NCBI RefSeq assembly: GCF_044704955.1
Contig: NC_091991.1
Coordinates: forward strand, 21,266,001 to 21,330,000
Reading direction: 5' to 3'
Length of the DNA stretch: 64,000 nt
Origin: Pristiophorus japonicus
Lineage: Eukaryota
Shown: positions 12,860-25,035 of the stretch, piece after piece
Position numbering within the stretch: position 1 is the first letter of the stretch
How the letters are laid out: each line of letters begins with the position of its first letter
Notes under the pieces: model-generated
Databases searched by the model: none
Seen by the model: only the letters and a program-made list of their open reading frames with translations
What the model was told of the DNA's origin: nothing
Program-made: the position numbers and the translations under genes

Positions 12860-14511
12860 ACTAAACCTTCTAAAACACTGGTTAGGCCCCAGCTGGAGTA
12901 TTGCATCCAATTCTGGGCACCACACTTTAGGAAGGATGTCAAGGCCTTAGAGAGGGTGCAGAAGAGATTTACTAGAATGGTACCAGGGATGAAGGAATTC
13001 AGTTATGCGGAGAGACTAGAGAAGCTGGGGTTGTTCAGATTTAAATTAGCAAAAGAACCAGAGGTGACATGAGGAGACATTTCTTTACACAGCAGGTTGT
13101 TATATCTGGAATGCACTGCCTGAAAGGGTGGTGGAAGCGGAATTAACAGCAACTTTCAAAAGGGAATTGCATAAATACTTAAAGGAGGGAAATTTGCAGG
13201 GCTATAGGAAAGAACAGGGCTGTGGGACGAATTGGATAGCTCTTCCAAAGAGCTGGCACAGGCACGATGAGTCGAATGGCCTTGTTCTGTGCTGCATCAT
13301 TCTATGAAATTGGTTGTAATCTACCAAAATTCCCTGGATTCTAGGGAGGTCCCAGCAGATTGGAAAACCGCAAATGTAACACCCCTGTTAAAAAAGGAGG
13401 CAGACAGAAAGCAGGAAACAACAGACCGGTTAGCCTAACTTGTGTCGTTGGGAAAATGCTGGAGTCCATTATTAAGGAAGCAGTAGCAGGACATTTGGAA
13501 AAGCATAATTCAATCAAGCAGAGTCAGCATGGTTTTATGAAAGGGAAATCATATTTGACAAATTTGCTGGAGTTCTTTTGAGGATGTAACGAGCAGGGTG
13601 GATAAGGGGGAACCAATGGATGTGGTGTATTTCGATTTTCAGGAAGCATTCGATAAGGTGCCACATAAAAAGTTACTGCACAAGATAAAAGTTCACGGAG
13701 TTGGGGGTAATATATTAGCATGGATTGAGGATTGGCTAACTAACAGAAAACAGAGAGTTGGGATAAATGGGTAACTTTCCGGTTGGCAATCAGTAACTAG
13801 TGGGGTGCCACAGGGATCGGTGCTAGGAAAATGTGAGATTATCCACTTTGGCAGAAAAAAATAGAAAAGCAGATTATAGTTCAAATGGAGAAAAATTGCA
13901 AAGTGCTTCAGTACAGAGGGACCTGGGGGTCCTTGTGCATGAAACACAAAAAGTTAGTATGCAGGTACAGCAAGTAATCAGGAGGGCAAATGGAATTTTG
14001 GCCTTTATTGCAAGGGGGATAAAGTATAAAAGCAGAGAACTTCTGCTACAACTGTACAGGATATTGGTGAGGCCATACCTGGAATACTGCATGCAAATTT
14101 GGTCTCCGTATTTAAGAAAGGATATATTTGCATTGGAGGCTGTTCAGAGAAGGTTCACTAGGTTGATTCCAGAGATGAGGGGGTTGAGTTATGAAGATAG
14201 GTTGAGTAGGTTGGGTCCATACTCATTGGAGTTCAGAGGAATGAGAGGTGATTTTATCGAAACATAGAAGATAATGCAAGGACTGGACAAGGTGGATGCA
14301 GAGAGTATATTTCCACTCATGTGGGAAACTAGAACTAGGGGGCATAATCTCAGAATAAGGGACCATCCATTTAAAACGGAGGAATTTCTTCTCTCCGAGG
14401 GTTGTAAATCTATGGAATTCTCTGCCCCGGAGAGCTGTGGAGGCTGGGTCATTGAATATATTTAAGGCAGAGATTAGACAGATTTTTCAGCGATAAGGGA
14501 GTAAAGGGTTA
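12860..14511 (+). mobile_element. Two adjacent degenerate CR1 LINE fragments; the tail of the second resumes at 17565-17680
   Basis: ORF pieces [39 protein letters not shown]. The host sequence AAGGGTTA|TGGGGAGCGGG is split by the 14512-17564 insertion. Confidence 0.85.
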
Positions 14512-17500
14512 AACATAGAAACATAGAAAATAGGTGCAGGAGCAGGCCATTCAGCCCTTCTAGCCTGCACCGCCATTCAATGAGTTCATGGCTGAACATG
14601 AAACTTCAGTACCCACTTCCTGCTTTCACGCCATACCCCTTGATCCCCCGAGTAGTAAGGACTTCATCTAACTCCCTTTTGAATATATTTAGTGAATTGG
14701 CCTCAACTACTTCCTGTGGTAGAGAATTCCACAGGTTCACCACTCTCTGGGTGAAGAAGTTTCTCCTTATCTCGGTCCTAAATGGCTTACCCCTTATCCT
14801 TAGACTGTGACCCCTGGTTCTGGACTTCCCCAACATTGGGAACATTCTTCCTGCATCCAACTTGTCCAAACCCGTCAGAATTTTAAACGTTTCTATGAGG
14901 TCCCCTCTCACTCTTCTGAACTCCAGTGAATACAAGCCCAGTTGATCCAGTCTTTCTTGATAGGTCAGTCCCACCATCCCGGGAATCAGTCTGGTGAATC
15001 TTCGCTGCACTCCCTCAATAGCAAGAATGTCCTTCCTCAAGTTAGGAGACCAAAACTGTACACAATACTCCAGGTGTGGCCTCACCAAGGCCCTGTACAA
15101 CTGTAGCAACACCTCCCTGCCCCTGTACTCAAATCCCCTCGCTATGAAGGCCAACATGCCATTTGCTTTCTTAACCGCCTGCTGTACCTGCATGCCAACC
15201 TTCAATGACTGATGTACCATGACACCCAGGTCTTGTTGCACCTTCCCTTTTCCTAATCTGTCACCATTCAGATAATAGTCTGTCTCTCTGTTTTTACCAC
15301 CAAAGTGGATAACCTCACATTTATCCACATTATACTTCATCTGCCACGCATTTGCCCACTCACCTAACCTATCCAAGTCACTCTGCAGCCTCATAGCATC
15401 CTCCTCGCAGCTCACACTGCCACCCAACTTAGTGTCATCCGCAAATTTGGAGATACTACATTTAATCCCCTCGTCTAAATCATTAATGTACAATGTAAAC
15501 AGCTGGGGCCCCAGCACAGAACCTTGCGGTACCCCACTAGTCACTGCCTGCCATTCCGAAAAGTACCCATTTACTCCTACTCTTTGCTTCCTGTCTGACA
15601 ACCAGTTCTCAATCCACGTCAGCACACTACCCCCAATCCCATGTGCTTTAACTTTGCACATTAATCTCCTGTGTGGGACCTTGTCGAAAGCCTTCTGAAA
15701 GTCCAAATATACCACATCAACTGGTACTCCTTTGTCCACTTTATTGGAAACATCCTCAAAAAATTCCAGAAGATTTGTCAAGCATGATCTCCCTTTCACA
15801 AATCCATGCTGACTTGGACCTATCATGTCACCATTTTCCAAATGCGCTGCTATGACATCCTTAATAATTGATTCCATCATTTTACCCACTACTGAGGTCA
15901 GGCTGACCGGTCTATAATTCCCTGCTTTCTCTCTCCCTCCTTTTTTAAAAAGTGGGGTTACATTGGCTACCCTCCACTCGATAGGAACTGATCCAGAGTC
16001 AATGGAATGTTGGAAAATGACTGTCAATGCATCCGCTATTTCCAAGGCCACCTCCTTAAGTACTCTGGGATGCAGTCCATCAGGCCCTGGGGATTTATCG
16101 GCCTTCAATCCCATCAATTTCCCCAACACAATTTCCCGACTAATAAAGATTTCCCTCAGTTCCTCCTCCTTAATAGACCCTCTGACCACTTTTATATCCG
16201 GAAGGTTGTTTGTGTCCTCCTTAGTGAATACTGAACCAAAGTACTTGTTCAATTGGTCTGCCATTTCTTTGTTCCCCGTTATGACTTCCCCTGATTCTGA
16301 CTGTAGGGGACCTAAGTTTGTCTTTACTAACCTTTTTCTCTTTACATACCTATAGAAACATTTGCAATCCGCCTTAATGTTCCCTGCAAGCTTCTTCTCG
16401 TATTCCATTTTCCCTGCCCTAATCAAACCCTTTGTCCTCCTCTGCTGAGTTCTAAATTTCTCCCAGTCCCCAGGTTCGCTGCTATTTCTGGCCAATTTGT
16501 ATGCCATTTCCTTGGCTTTAATACTATCCCTGATTTCCCTAGATAGCCACGGTTGAGCCACCTTCCCTTTTTTATTTTTACGCCAGACAGGAATGTACAA
16601 TTGTTGTAATTCATCCATGCGGTCTCTAAATGTCTGCCATTGCCCATCCACAGTCAACCCCTTAAGTATCATTAGCCAATCTATCTTAGCCAATTCATGC
16701 CTCATACCTTCAAAGTTACCCTTCTTTAAGTTCTGGACCATGGTCTCTGAATTAACTGTTTCATTCTCCATCCTAATGCAGAATTCCACCATATTATGGT
16801 CACTCTTCCCCAAGGGGCCTCGCACAATGAGATTGCTAATTAATCCTCTCTCATTACACAACACCCAGTCTAAGATGGCCTCCCCCCTAGTTGGTTCCTC
16901 GACATATTGGTCTAAAAAACCATCCCTTATGCACTCCAGGAAATCCTCCTCCACCGTATTGCTTCCAGTTTGGCTAGCCCAATCTATGTGCATATTAAAG
17001 TCACCCATTATAACTGCTGCACCTTTATTGCATGCACTCCTAATTTCATGTTTGATGCCCTCCCCAACATCACTACTACTGTTTGGAGGTCTGTACACAA
17101 CTCCCACTAACGATTTTTGCCCTTTAGTGTTCTGCAGCTCTACCCATATAGATTCCACATCATCCAAGCTAATGTCTTTCCTAACTATTGCATTAATCTC
17201 CTCTTTAACCAGCAATGCTACCCCACCTCCTTTTCCTTTTATTCTATCCTTCCTGAATGTTGAATACCCCTGGATGTTGAGTTCCCAGCCCTGATCATCC
17301 TGGAGCCACGTCTCCGTAATCCCAATCACATCATATTTGTTAACATCTATTTGCACAGTTAATTCATCCACCTTATTGCGGAAACTCCTTGCATTCAGAC
17401 ACAAAGCCTTCAGGCTTGCTTTTTTAACACCCTTTGTCCTTCTAGAATTTTGCTGTACAGTGGCCCTTTTTGTTCTTTGCCTCGGGTTTCTCTGCCCTCC

Positions 17501-17564
17501 ACTTTTCCTCATCTCCTTTCTGTCTTTTGCTTTTGCCTCATTTTTGTCTCCCTCTGTCTCCCTG
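14512..17564 (-). mobile_element. Young 5'-truncated CR1 LINE with complete ORF2
   Basis: 3' (TTCTATGT)n tail at 14512-14530, uninterrupted ORF2, truncated just upstream of ORF2; short (G)TTA duplication or microhomology at the junctions. Confidence 0.95.
14606..17512 (-). CDS. CR1 ORF2: APE endonuclease plus reverse transcriptase, 968 aa, intact
   Basis: Motifs GITETW, GDFN, SDH (APE) and [35 protein letters not shown] (RT); no internal stop. Confidence 0.93.
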   Translation of the reverse strand: MRKSGGQRNPRQRTKRATVQQNSRRTKGVKKASLKALCLNARSFRNKVDELTVQIDVNKYDVIGITETWLQDDQGWELNIQGYSTFRKDRIKGKGGGVALLVKEEINAIVRKDISLDDVESIWVELQNTKGQKSLVGVVYRPPNSSSDVGEGIKHEIRSACNKGAAVIMGDFNMHIDWASQTGSNTVEEDFLECIRDGFLDQYVEEPTRGEAILDWVLCNERGLISNLIVRGPLGKSDHNMVEFCIRMENETVNSETMVQNLKKGNFEGMRHELAKIDWLMILKGLTVDGQWQTFRDRMDELQQLYIPVWRKNKKGKVAQPWLSREIRDSIKAKEMAYKLARNSSEPGDWEKFRTQQRRTKGLIRAGKMEYEKKLAGNIKADCKCFYRYVKRKRLVKTNLGPLQSESGEVITGNKEMADQLNKYFGSVFTKEDTNNLPDIKVVRGSIKEEELREIFISREIVLGKLMGLKADKSPGPDGLHPRVLKEVALEIADALTVIFQHSIDSGSVPIEWRVANVTPLFKKGGREKAGNYRPVSLTSVVGKMMESIIKDVIAAHLENGDMIGPSQHGFVKGRSCLTNLLEFFEDVSNKVDKGVPVDVVYLDFQKAFDKVPHRRLMCKVKAHGIGGSVLTWIENWLSDRKQRVGVNGYFSEWQAVTSGVPQGSVLGPQLFTLYINDLDEGIKCSISKFADDTKLGGSVSCEEDAMRLQSDLDRLGEWANAWQMKYNVDKCEVIHFGGKNRETDYYLNGDRLGKGKVQQDLGVMVHQSLKVGMQVQQAVKKANGMLAFIARGFEYRGREVLLQLYRALVRPHLEYCVQFWSPNLRKDILAIEGVQRRFTRLIPGMVGLTYQERLDQLGLYSLEFRRVRGDLIETFKILTGLDKLDAGRMFPMLGKSRTRGHSLRIRGKPFRTEIRRNFFTQRVVNLWNSLPQEVVEANSLNIFKRELDEVLTTRGIKGYGVKAGSGY

Positions 17565-18649
17565 TTATGGGGAGCGGGCAGGGAAGTGGAGTTGAGTCCA
17601 TGATCAGATCAGCCATGATCTTATTAAATGGCGGAGCAGGCTCGAGGGGCCGAATGGCCTACTCCTGCTCCTATTTCGTGTGTTCTTGGAAGAAAAGACC
17701 AACATGGACCCACAATCAACCGGCCTGGATGATAATGGCAGGGGGGGGGGGGGGGGGTGTGGAAGACAGAAAAATAAAGTGTACTTTGTCTCTTCCCCTC
17801 CTTCAATATTACTACCATCTGAGGGCACATAGGATTAGGAGGGGAGGGAAAATGCAAGAGAAAGTACCACTTTTTTACCATTAGAAACAATGGTCAGTCA
17901 GCATTTGTAGAGTTTAGAAAGTTCGGGGTGATCTAATCGAGGTGTTTAAAATAAAATAATTAATTAGGGTAGATACAGAGTAACTATTTATTCTGATGGG
18001 GGAATCCATTGCAAGGGGGTATAATGTTAAAATTAGAGCGAGGCCATTTCGAAATTAAATAAAAAGCACTTTTTCCACACACATGATGAAACTCTCTCCC
18101 CCAAAAGGTGGAGGTACAGAGACAATTGAAATTTTCATGGCCAAGATTGATAGATTTGTTAGGCAAAGCTATCAAGGGATACTAAGAAAAGGCAGGTATT
18201 GGAATCGAGGTACAGACCTGCCATGATCTGACTAAATGGCCTTCTCATTATTGCATTCCTATAGTAACTGGTCGTATATGCCACAAGCCCCAGGTAAAAA
18301 TATTTCTCCTGCTTTGCTCTAAATCGCAGTCTTATCTTTACATCCCCTTGTTCTAGATTCCTCAATCACAGGTAGCAGTCCGTTTCTATCTATTCTGTCC
18401 CGTCCCATCATATTAAACATCACTATCAATTATCCCCTAATCTCCTCTGCTCGAACAAAAATATCGCCCATCTTGGAGAGCCTTTCCTCATGCCAGGCAG
18501 CATCCTAGTGAATCTGTGCTTTACCTACTTACTACTTATCGCTACTTGCTATGGTGTGGAGCACAAAACATCAACTGTGGTTTTAAAGTTTTATATAAAT
18601 CCACCAGTGCATTATTATTTTGAGATTCTGTAGGGGTAATTTTGAAAGT

Positions 18650-19698
18650 TCCATACTTGGCCTCCTTTTATTTCTCATCTGCATGCTGCCCCTTGGCAGC
18701 ATCATCCAAAAAACCATCCTATTCCACATGTATGCTGATGACAGCCAGCTCACCACCTCTCTTGACCCCCCCACTGCCTCAGATGCTTGTCTGACATTCA
18801 GTAGAAATGTCCTCCAATTAAATATTGAAGACCGAAGCCACGGTCTTCGGTTCCTGCCAAACTCCGTTCCTTAGCCACTGACTCCATCCCCCTCCCTGGC
18901 CATTGAGGCTGAACTCGACGGTTTGCAGCCTTGGCGAGCTATTTGACCCGAGCGGAGCTTCTGACCCCATATATTCATCAAGACAACCTCCGCAATATTT
19001 CTTATCTCCGCGCCTGCCTCAGCTCATCCGTTGTTGAAATGCTCATCCATGTCTTAGTTCCAATGCTCCCCTGACCGGCTTCCCATCTTCCATAAACTTT
19101 CATCCATCATTGGCAGTCCTTCAAAATCAAAGGTTTGCTTCCACTCTAAAAAGTGAGTTCTCAGGTGACTGTACAGTCCAATATGGGAATTACAGTCTCT
19201 GTCACAGGTGGAACAGACAGTGGTTGAAGGAAAGGGTGGGTGGGGAGTTTGGTTTGCTGCATGCTCCTTCCGGTTGATTTCTGCATGCTCTTAGCGACAA
19301 GACTCAAGGTGCTCAATGCCCTCCTCGATGCTCTTCCTCCACTTAGGACAGTCTTGCGCCAGGGATTCCCAAGTGCCAGTGGGGACGTTGCACCTTATCA
19401 AAACTGTGCTGACTGTATCCTATCTCAAAGTCCCATACATTCTCTATGACCTACATTGGCACCCGGTCCACCAACATCTCAAATTTAAAATGCTCAACCT
19501 TATGTGCAAATCCCTTGATGGCCTCACCCCTCCCCTTCTCAGTAACCTCATCCTCAGAGAACTCTGCACTCCAATTCAGGGTTCTTGCATATCCTGGATC
19601 TTCATTGTTTCACCATTGGCAACTATACCTTCAGCTGTCCAAGCCCCAAAATTCCCTCCTTAAACCTTTCCTCAAAAGTCACCTCTGACCAAGCTTTT
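18650..19698. mobile_element. Mosaic of L2 fragments (+) interrupted by an RTE 3' fragment (-, about 19105-19400)
   Basis: FHMYADDSQL (L2 RT) and DLHWHPVHQHLKFK (L2 C-terminus); the RTE 3'UTR matches the copies at 21208 and 29515. Confidence 0.65.
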
Positions 19699-19906
19699 GG
19701 TTATATATGTAAAGTATTTACTCTAAAAGTCCCCAGAAGGCTTATCGCCTGGAGTCCCAAGAGATCACACAATCCTTTGTGAGCACAGGTATTTAAGGAT
19801 GCCTCACAGGTTGAAGAGGCACTCTGGAGATCTGCAATAAAAGACCAAGATCACACTTTACTTTGAGCTCACAGTGTTCAGTCTGACTCTTTCTCCATCC
19901 ATAACA
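19699..19906 (+). mobile_element. Solo LTR (208 bp)
   Basis: Termini (G)GTTAT..ATAACA, internal AATAAA, TSD CTTTT at 19694-19698 and 19907-19911; layout resembles the Gypsy LTRs in the window. Confidence 0.75.
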
Positions 19907-19914
19907 CTTTTAGT

Positions 19915-20475
19915 CATAGAAATATAGAAAATACGTGCAGAAGTAGGCCATTCAGCCCTTCAAGCCTGCACCACCATTCAATATGATCATGCAACTTCAG
20001 TACCTCATTCTTGCTTTCTCTCTATACCCCTTGATCCCTTTAGCCATAAGGGCCACATCCAACTCCCTTTTGAATATATCTAACAAACTGTCCTCAACAA
20101 CTTTGTGGTAGAGAATTCCACAGGTTCACAATTCTCTGAGTGAAGAAGTTTTTCCTCATCACGGTCCTAAATGGCTTACCCCTTATCCTTAGACTATAAC
20201 CCCAACATCAGGAACATTCTTCCTGCATCTAACTTGTCAAATCCCATCAGAATTTTATATTTTTCTATGAGATCCCCTCTCATTCTTCTAAACTCCAGTG
20301 AATATAAGCCAGTCTTTCTTATGTCAGTTCTGCCATCGCGGGAATCAGTCTGGTGAACTTTTGTTGCACTCCCTCAATAGCAAGAATGTCCTTCTTCAGA
20401 TTAGGAGACCAAAACGGTACACAATATTCAAGGTGTGGCCTCACCAAGGCCCTGTACAACTGCAGTAAGACCTGT
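19915..20475 (-). mobile_element. CR1 3' fragment
   Basis: LLQLYRALVRPHLEYCVPFWSP and CR1 3' tail. Confidence 0.85.
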
Positions 20476-20637
20476 CCTAATGTCTCCTTTTTTGTCTGAT
20501 TTTGCTTCTGAAGCATCTTGGGATGTTTTAAGAGGTTAAATGTGCTCTCCAAATGCAATTTGTTGTAGTACAAAACTATCAAAGCATTTAGTTTCTAAGT
20601 ACAGCTGCATATTTTCTAAGCTTCTGTGTTAATTTAA

Positions 20638-21020
20638 TTTATTGAACAAATATGTTTGCATAAAGTTGAAAGATTTGATTCACGCTATTGGCAGTGTTGA
20701 AGACAATCATACCATTAGATAAGATATAACTATCAGATTAGAAGCTACATTTTTATTTGAGTGATCAAAATATACCTGTACAATTGACAAAATAAAGTGA
20801 CAGCATAAATATTGGAAAAGTTTGCAACTATCCCATTGAATTCTTGAGGATTTTACCTAATAAAAGCACCCAGTTTAAAGTACAAATAGTCCTGAAGATA
20901 TAGAGATGGATATACATTTATATATTTTTTTTTTTATAAAAAAGACAGACTATGCATGTTTCTCTAAACACCAATAGTGTACAAGTTACCCCCTTCCTAA
21001 AGGAAAATCCCCAAATTAAG
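20638..21020 (-). promoter_or_regulatory. Putative 3'UTR of the Spo12-like gene with polyadenylation signals
   Basis: Non-repeat AT-rich DNA after the stop codon; AATAAA on minus at 20752-20757 and 20638-20643. Confidence 0.55.
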
Positions 21021-21135
21021 TTAACTGGTATTTCTTCCAAAAGAAAGTCTTTGTTCCAGATGAGTAAAGTCATTCTCTTTGTCTCCAAGAGTCAATTCAT
21101 GAACACGTTGGGCAATAATTTTGCTGCTTTGAAGC
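21021..21135 (-). CDS. Spo12-like protein, exon 5 (last coding exon; KEN box)
   Basis: Acceptor TGTGTCCTCAG|G; phase 2 matches exon 4; (E)LQSSKIIAQRVHELTLGDKENDFTHLEQRLSFGRNTS*. Confidence 0.72.
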
Positions 21136-21207
21136 CTGAGGACACATTTAAACAAACAGGTTATCACAGATGTTCCTAGATTTACTTTCTCAATTTGATA
21201 TTCAAAC

Positions 21208-21573
21208 TCATCATCATAGACAGTCCCTCGAAATCGAGGAAGACTTGCTGCCACTCCTAAAGTGAGTTCTTTGGTGGCTGAACAGTCCAATACGAGAGCC
21301 ACAGACTCTGTTGCAGGTGGGACAGATAGTTGCTGAGGGAAGGGGTGGGTGGGACTGGTTTGCCATACACTCTTTCCACCTGATTTCTGCATGCTTTTGG
21401 CGTTGAGACTCAAGGTACTCAGCGCCCTCTCGGATGCATTTCCTCCACTTAGGGCGGTCTTGGGCCAGGGACTCCTAGGTGTCAGTGGGGATGTCGCACT
21501 TTATCAGGGAGGCTTTGAGGGTGTCCTTGTAGCGTTTCCACTACCCACCTTTGGCTCGTTTGCCATGAAGGAG
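21208..21573 (-). mobile_element. RTE-clade LINE 3' fragment (intronic)
   Basis: (ATG)n tail and 3' region similar to the RTE copies at 29515-29751 and 41520-41910. Confidence 0.8.
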
Positions 21574-24276
21574 CTCAGTAGAGCATTATTCAAATTAGGC
21601 ATTAAATGTTTACCCATTATTCCAGTATTTGGGATGTTAATCTTATAACACAGCACATTAGAATGTGTGCCACTATATGACAAATCTAGCACTAGTATTA
21701 ACAGTGGGAATATGTGACCAAAGTACATCAATTTCAGCACCAATACAGACCTCTTGCTGCTTCAATTACTCCACAAATGCATCAGCCAGCTGGCAGTTTA
21801 ATAGTTAATTCAATAGTTCTGTTTTGTGTTCTAAATACCAAGCCAAGGAAAGTCAATGTTAAAGCAGCCATTCCTAGAACATATAATCTCTGAAAAAAAA
21901 GTCAACCACAAATTAAAGTTCACCGTCACTACCTTTGGGGAAGGGAAAGCAGGCCCACTTTGGTGCCCAGTCTGGAATTCCCAGCAATACCATGAAAAGG
22001 CTACAGTGTAGGCCTGTAGATGGGATAGCAGGTCTGCATTGAAAGACTTGAACCAAAATCAGAAATAATCCAAGAGGCTTGGCTGATACCACTTATCCTC
22101 GTAACAGCTCAACTTTCCTGCCAGATACTGAAGATTTAAAAAAAAATTAAATACCAGAGAAAGAAAGACATCATCATAGGCGGTCCCTCAAACGAGGATG
22201 ACTTGCTAAGACATACAAACTGGTAGAACAAGATTTCTTGGGAATCAACCACATTTTAAATCAAGAGCACTGAATAATTGAACCTGTCTGGAGAAAGTCC
22301 TCAACCAGGGACAAGAACTGTTCAAAGATCAATTTCTGCAGCTGGACATCTTCTGCTAAGAAAACTAAGCCCCCTGTGCATCCAATGGTACATAATACTG
22401 ATAAATTGTGTACCTTGCCTAAAGGTTGCTCCACCAGCTGGGCTCAAGACTACATGAAACACGATTCATTTCCTGAGCAAATACTTTATTACATCAATTT
22501 ATCACTGAGAACAACTGCTGGATCAGCAGCCAATAAGAGTGTGCAGCAAGGTTGCAGTGGATCCAGTCAGCCTTTTCTACTTGTTGCCCCTTGTTAAACC
22601 ATCCTCCTCCCACTACACTTCCTGGGTACAGGCTACAAGAGGTAGGTAGAATACATTTCCCAATAATCCCCCCCCCCAAAAAGACACCTTTTGAGAGATC
22701 ACAAGCAACAGATCAATCCTCAGCCGTGATCTGGCGTCGACATTCAATTCTCAGGTGGCCCAAAGTACAAATACGTTGGGAAAGTCTTCGATCATGTTAT
22801 CATAAGCAGTCCCTCGAAACAAGGATGACTTGCTTCCATGCCGAAAGCGGATGAGTTCACAGGTGTTTCAATGATATTACGGATCTTGAACTACATCCTG
22901 ACGGGTGGAAGAAGCCGATGCACGATTAAAAAAAAAAGATATAATAAATGTGTGGTGGCCGTTGCACCACACGAGCTTGACAGAGCTCGGTCTTCGTCCA
23001 GTGGCAAGGATTGACCAAGACGACTGGACTCTTCTGGGCCCCGATCACATCCCTCTACGAACTCTCACCGCTCCTGCTGTACTTGCCCGCACTGCAGTCA
23101 GCTGTCACCCTCCTGCAGCAGCACGCGCTGCTCCCTGCAGTGGTATGCCGCACCGAGTCCATTAAAACACAGAAAGCAGTCTGTGTATTGGAGGAGTATA
23201 TCAGAGAGCCATCTCGATCTCAATCTCTATCTCTCTCTCTGCAACTCAAACTGGGACTCTAATACTGCATCGGCGGTACAGAACCAGGAGCCACGTCGTG
23301 CGGGAAGAAGCTGCAAGCAAGTCCACGGGCAAACAGGGTGAGCATTGTCCACATCTACATATCCTTAAGACCACTTAGTTGTGTTTAGGGGCATTGTATG
23401 GCCTAGCCAAACCATAGGGATTTAGTCTGGGAAGGTTCTTTATTTATATACTGTATATTATGTTAGGCCGTGGTAACTTGACACGGCAGAGGCTTGTTGG
23501 ACAAGCCAGGGTTGTACTTTTGTACTGTATTATACCACTGTGTACTGTTTTACTAGTGGTGCAGTTGAACTTTATTAAACACTATACGGTTGAGCCCGAA
23601 AAATATTGTCCATGCTCCATAGTAATCCCTATCGTTCAGAACTTGCACTAAGAGGTATGTTTCGGTACACCCGAGCAAACCACTTACACCTCCTTCCGTG
23701 CTGTAAATTTCTATGATTGTGATATCAGGTGACCAATGGCAAATGGGGTGGGGCACCTTGATCATGGACATGTCCAATGACCAACGGAGAGTGTGGGATG
23801 GGGCGATCGGAGGCACGAGGTCATGTGATGAAATCTCCAACCAGAGTTGGCAATCATACCATCATCATAGGCAGTCCCTCGAAAATGAGGAAGACCCACC
23901 TCCACTCAAAGTGAGCACCCAGGCGACTGAACAGTCTAACACAGGAACCACAGTCTCTGCCACAGGTTCCTCTGGCTTGGCAGCTTTTGCAGCCAAGGTG
24001 GAATTGTAATTAAGTTACAAGATCCAACATGAAACTTAAAGTCACCTCTCTCCAATGGTGCACATCAAATATTAGGAGCAGTGATCAGACGTCATGCAAT
24101 TATCTAGAAATCAATATGCTGTACTATGACATGGCTTTTGGACTATAATTAATAATTAAGAGCATTTTATCAGTTCTTCAAAAAAGCCACCCCAACTGGT
24201 TACTACAGGTATTTGGATTCAGCTGTTGCATTCATGGGTCAATTTTACAGGGCCCAGTGGAAACTAGTGTTCACCG

Positions 24277-24719
24277 TGGTGCAGTTGGTAGCACCCTTGC
24301 CTTGGAGTCAGAAGGTTGTGGGTTCAAGTCCCACTCCAGAGAGACTGGAGCTAAAAAATCAAGGCCAACACTCAGTGCAAAACTGTGGGAGTGCTGCATT
24401 GTCGGAGGTGCTATCTTTTAGATGTGATGTTAAACCAAGGCCGCCTATGCTCCCTCAGGTGTATGCAAAGATCCCATGGCACTATTTCAAAGAGGTGCTA
24501 TCCCTGTATCCTGGTCAATATTTATCCCTCAATCAAACATAACAAAAACAGATTATCTGGTCATTATCACATTGCTGTTTGTGGGAGCTTGCTGTGCGCA
24601 AATTGGCTGCCGCATTTCCTACACTATAACAGTGACTACACTTCAAAAAGTCAAAAAATTGGCTGTAAAGCACTTTGGGGCATCTGATGGTCATGAAAGG
24701 CGCTATATAAATGCAAGTC
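24277..24719 (+). mobile_element. tRNA-derived Deu-domain SINE (SacSINE1-like); further copies at about 41912-42253 (-), 44830-45150 (-) and 56385-56790 (+)
   Basis: Pol III A/B-box head (TGGTGCAGTTGG..GGTTCAAGTCC), central GGGAGTGCTGCATTGTCGGAGGTG segment and L2-type tail GGCGCTATATAAATGCAAGT. Confidence 0.8.
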
Positions 24720-24853
24720 TGTTATTTTCCTCTTCATTTATTTAAGAAAATAATGCTGTTATTGAAAACTTAACATGCCATACAAGCCAAATATTTACAG
24801 AAGTGGCGTGTCTGATTAATGCCAAAAACTGCACATTACATCGGAGAACTTAC

Positions 24854-24937
24854 TCAGTAGCGTTCACATGCTTCGGCTTCATCAGCCTTTGTGAGCATGG
24901 AGATAGCATGCTGTCTGTTGGACTTTTGAAAAGTTTC
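24854..24937 (-). CDS. Spo12-like protein, exon 4 (Spo12 motif)
   Basis: Acceptor TTTTTCATGTCTAG|G, donor GA|GTAAGT, 84 nt, phase 2-2; (K)KLFKSPTDSMLSPCSQRLMKPKHVNAT(E). Confidence 0.85.
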   Translation of the reverse strand, partial: ETFQKSNRQHAISMLTKADEAEACERY

Positions 24938-25035
24938 CTAGACATGAAAAATAGCATTAGTTCTTCCAAATCAGTTATTCAGATATATAATATAATATAT
25001 ATATATTTTTTTTAAACTTAAAATACCCAACTTAC

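Noticed and set aside
15432-17294. Long plus-strand ORFs antisense to CR1 ORF2 (and equivalents in other CR1 and Gypsy copies)
   Set aside because: Shadow ORFs of the coding strand that recur in every copy; no independent evidence.
21136-21413. N-terminal part of the 130-aa ORF 21021-21413
   Set aside because: Mostly read-through of an RTE fragment and intron; only 21021-21135 follows a proper acceptor.
22200-22640. Non-repeat stretch in intron 4 of the Spo12-like gene as a possible extra exon
   Set aside because: I found no convincing phase-2/2 acceptor-donor pair with an open frame by eye; not excluded without RNA data.
23160-23720. LTR-like segment with TATA-like and ATTAAA motifs
   Set aside because: Could not define both termini or a TSD, so it was not called.
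24277-24340. tRNA-like sequence with A and B boxes (also 42190-42253 and 56385-56450)
   Set aside because: It is the head of a Deu-domain SINE followed by body and tail, not a tRNA gene.
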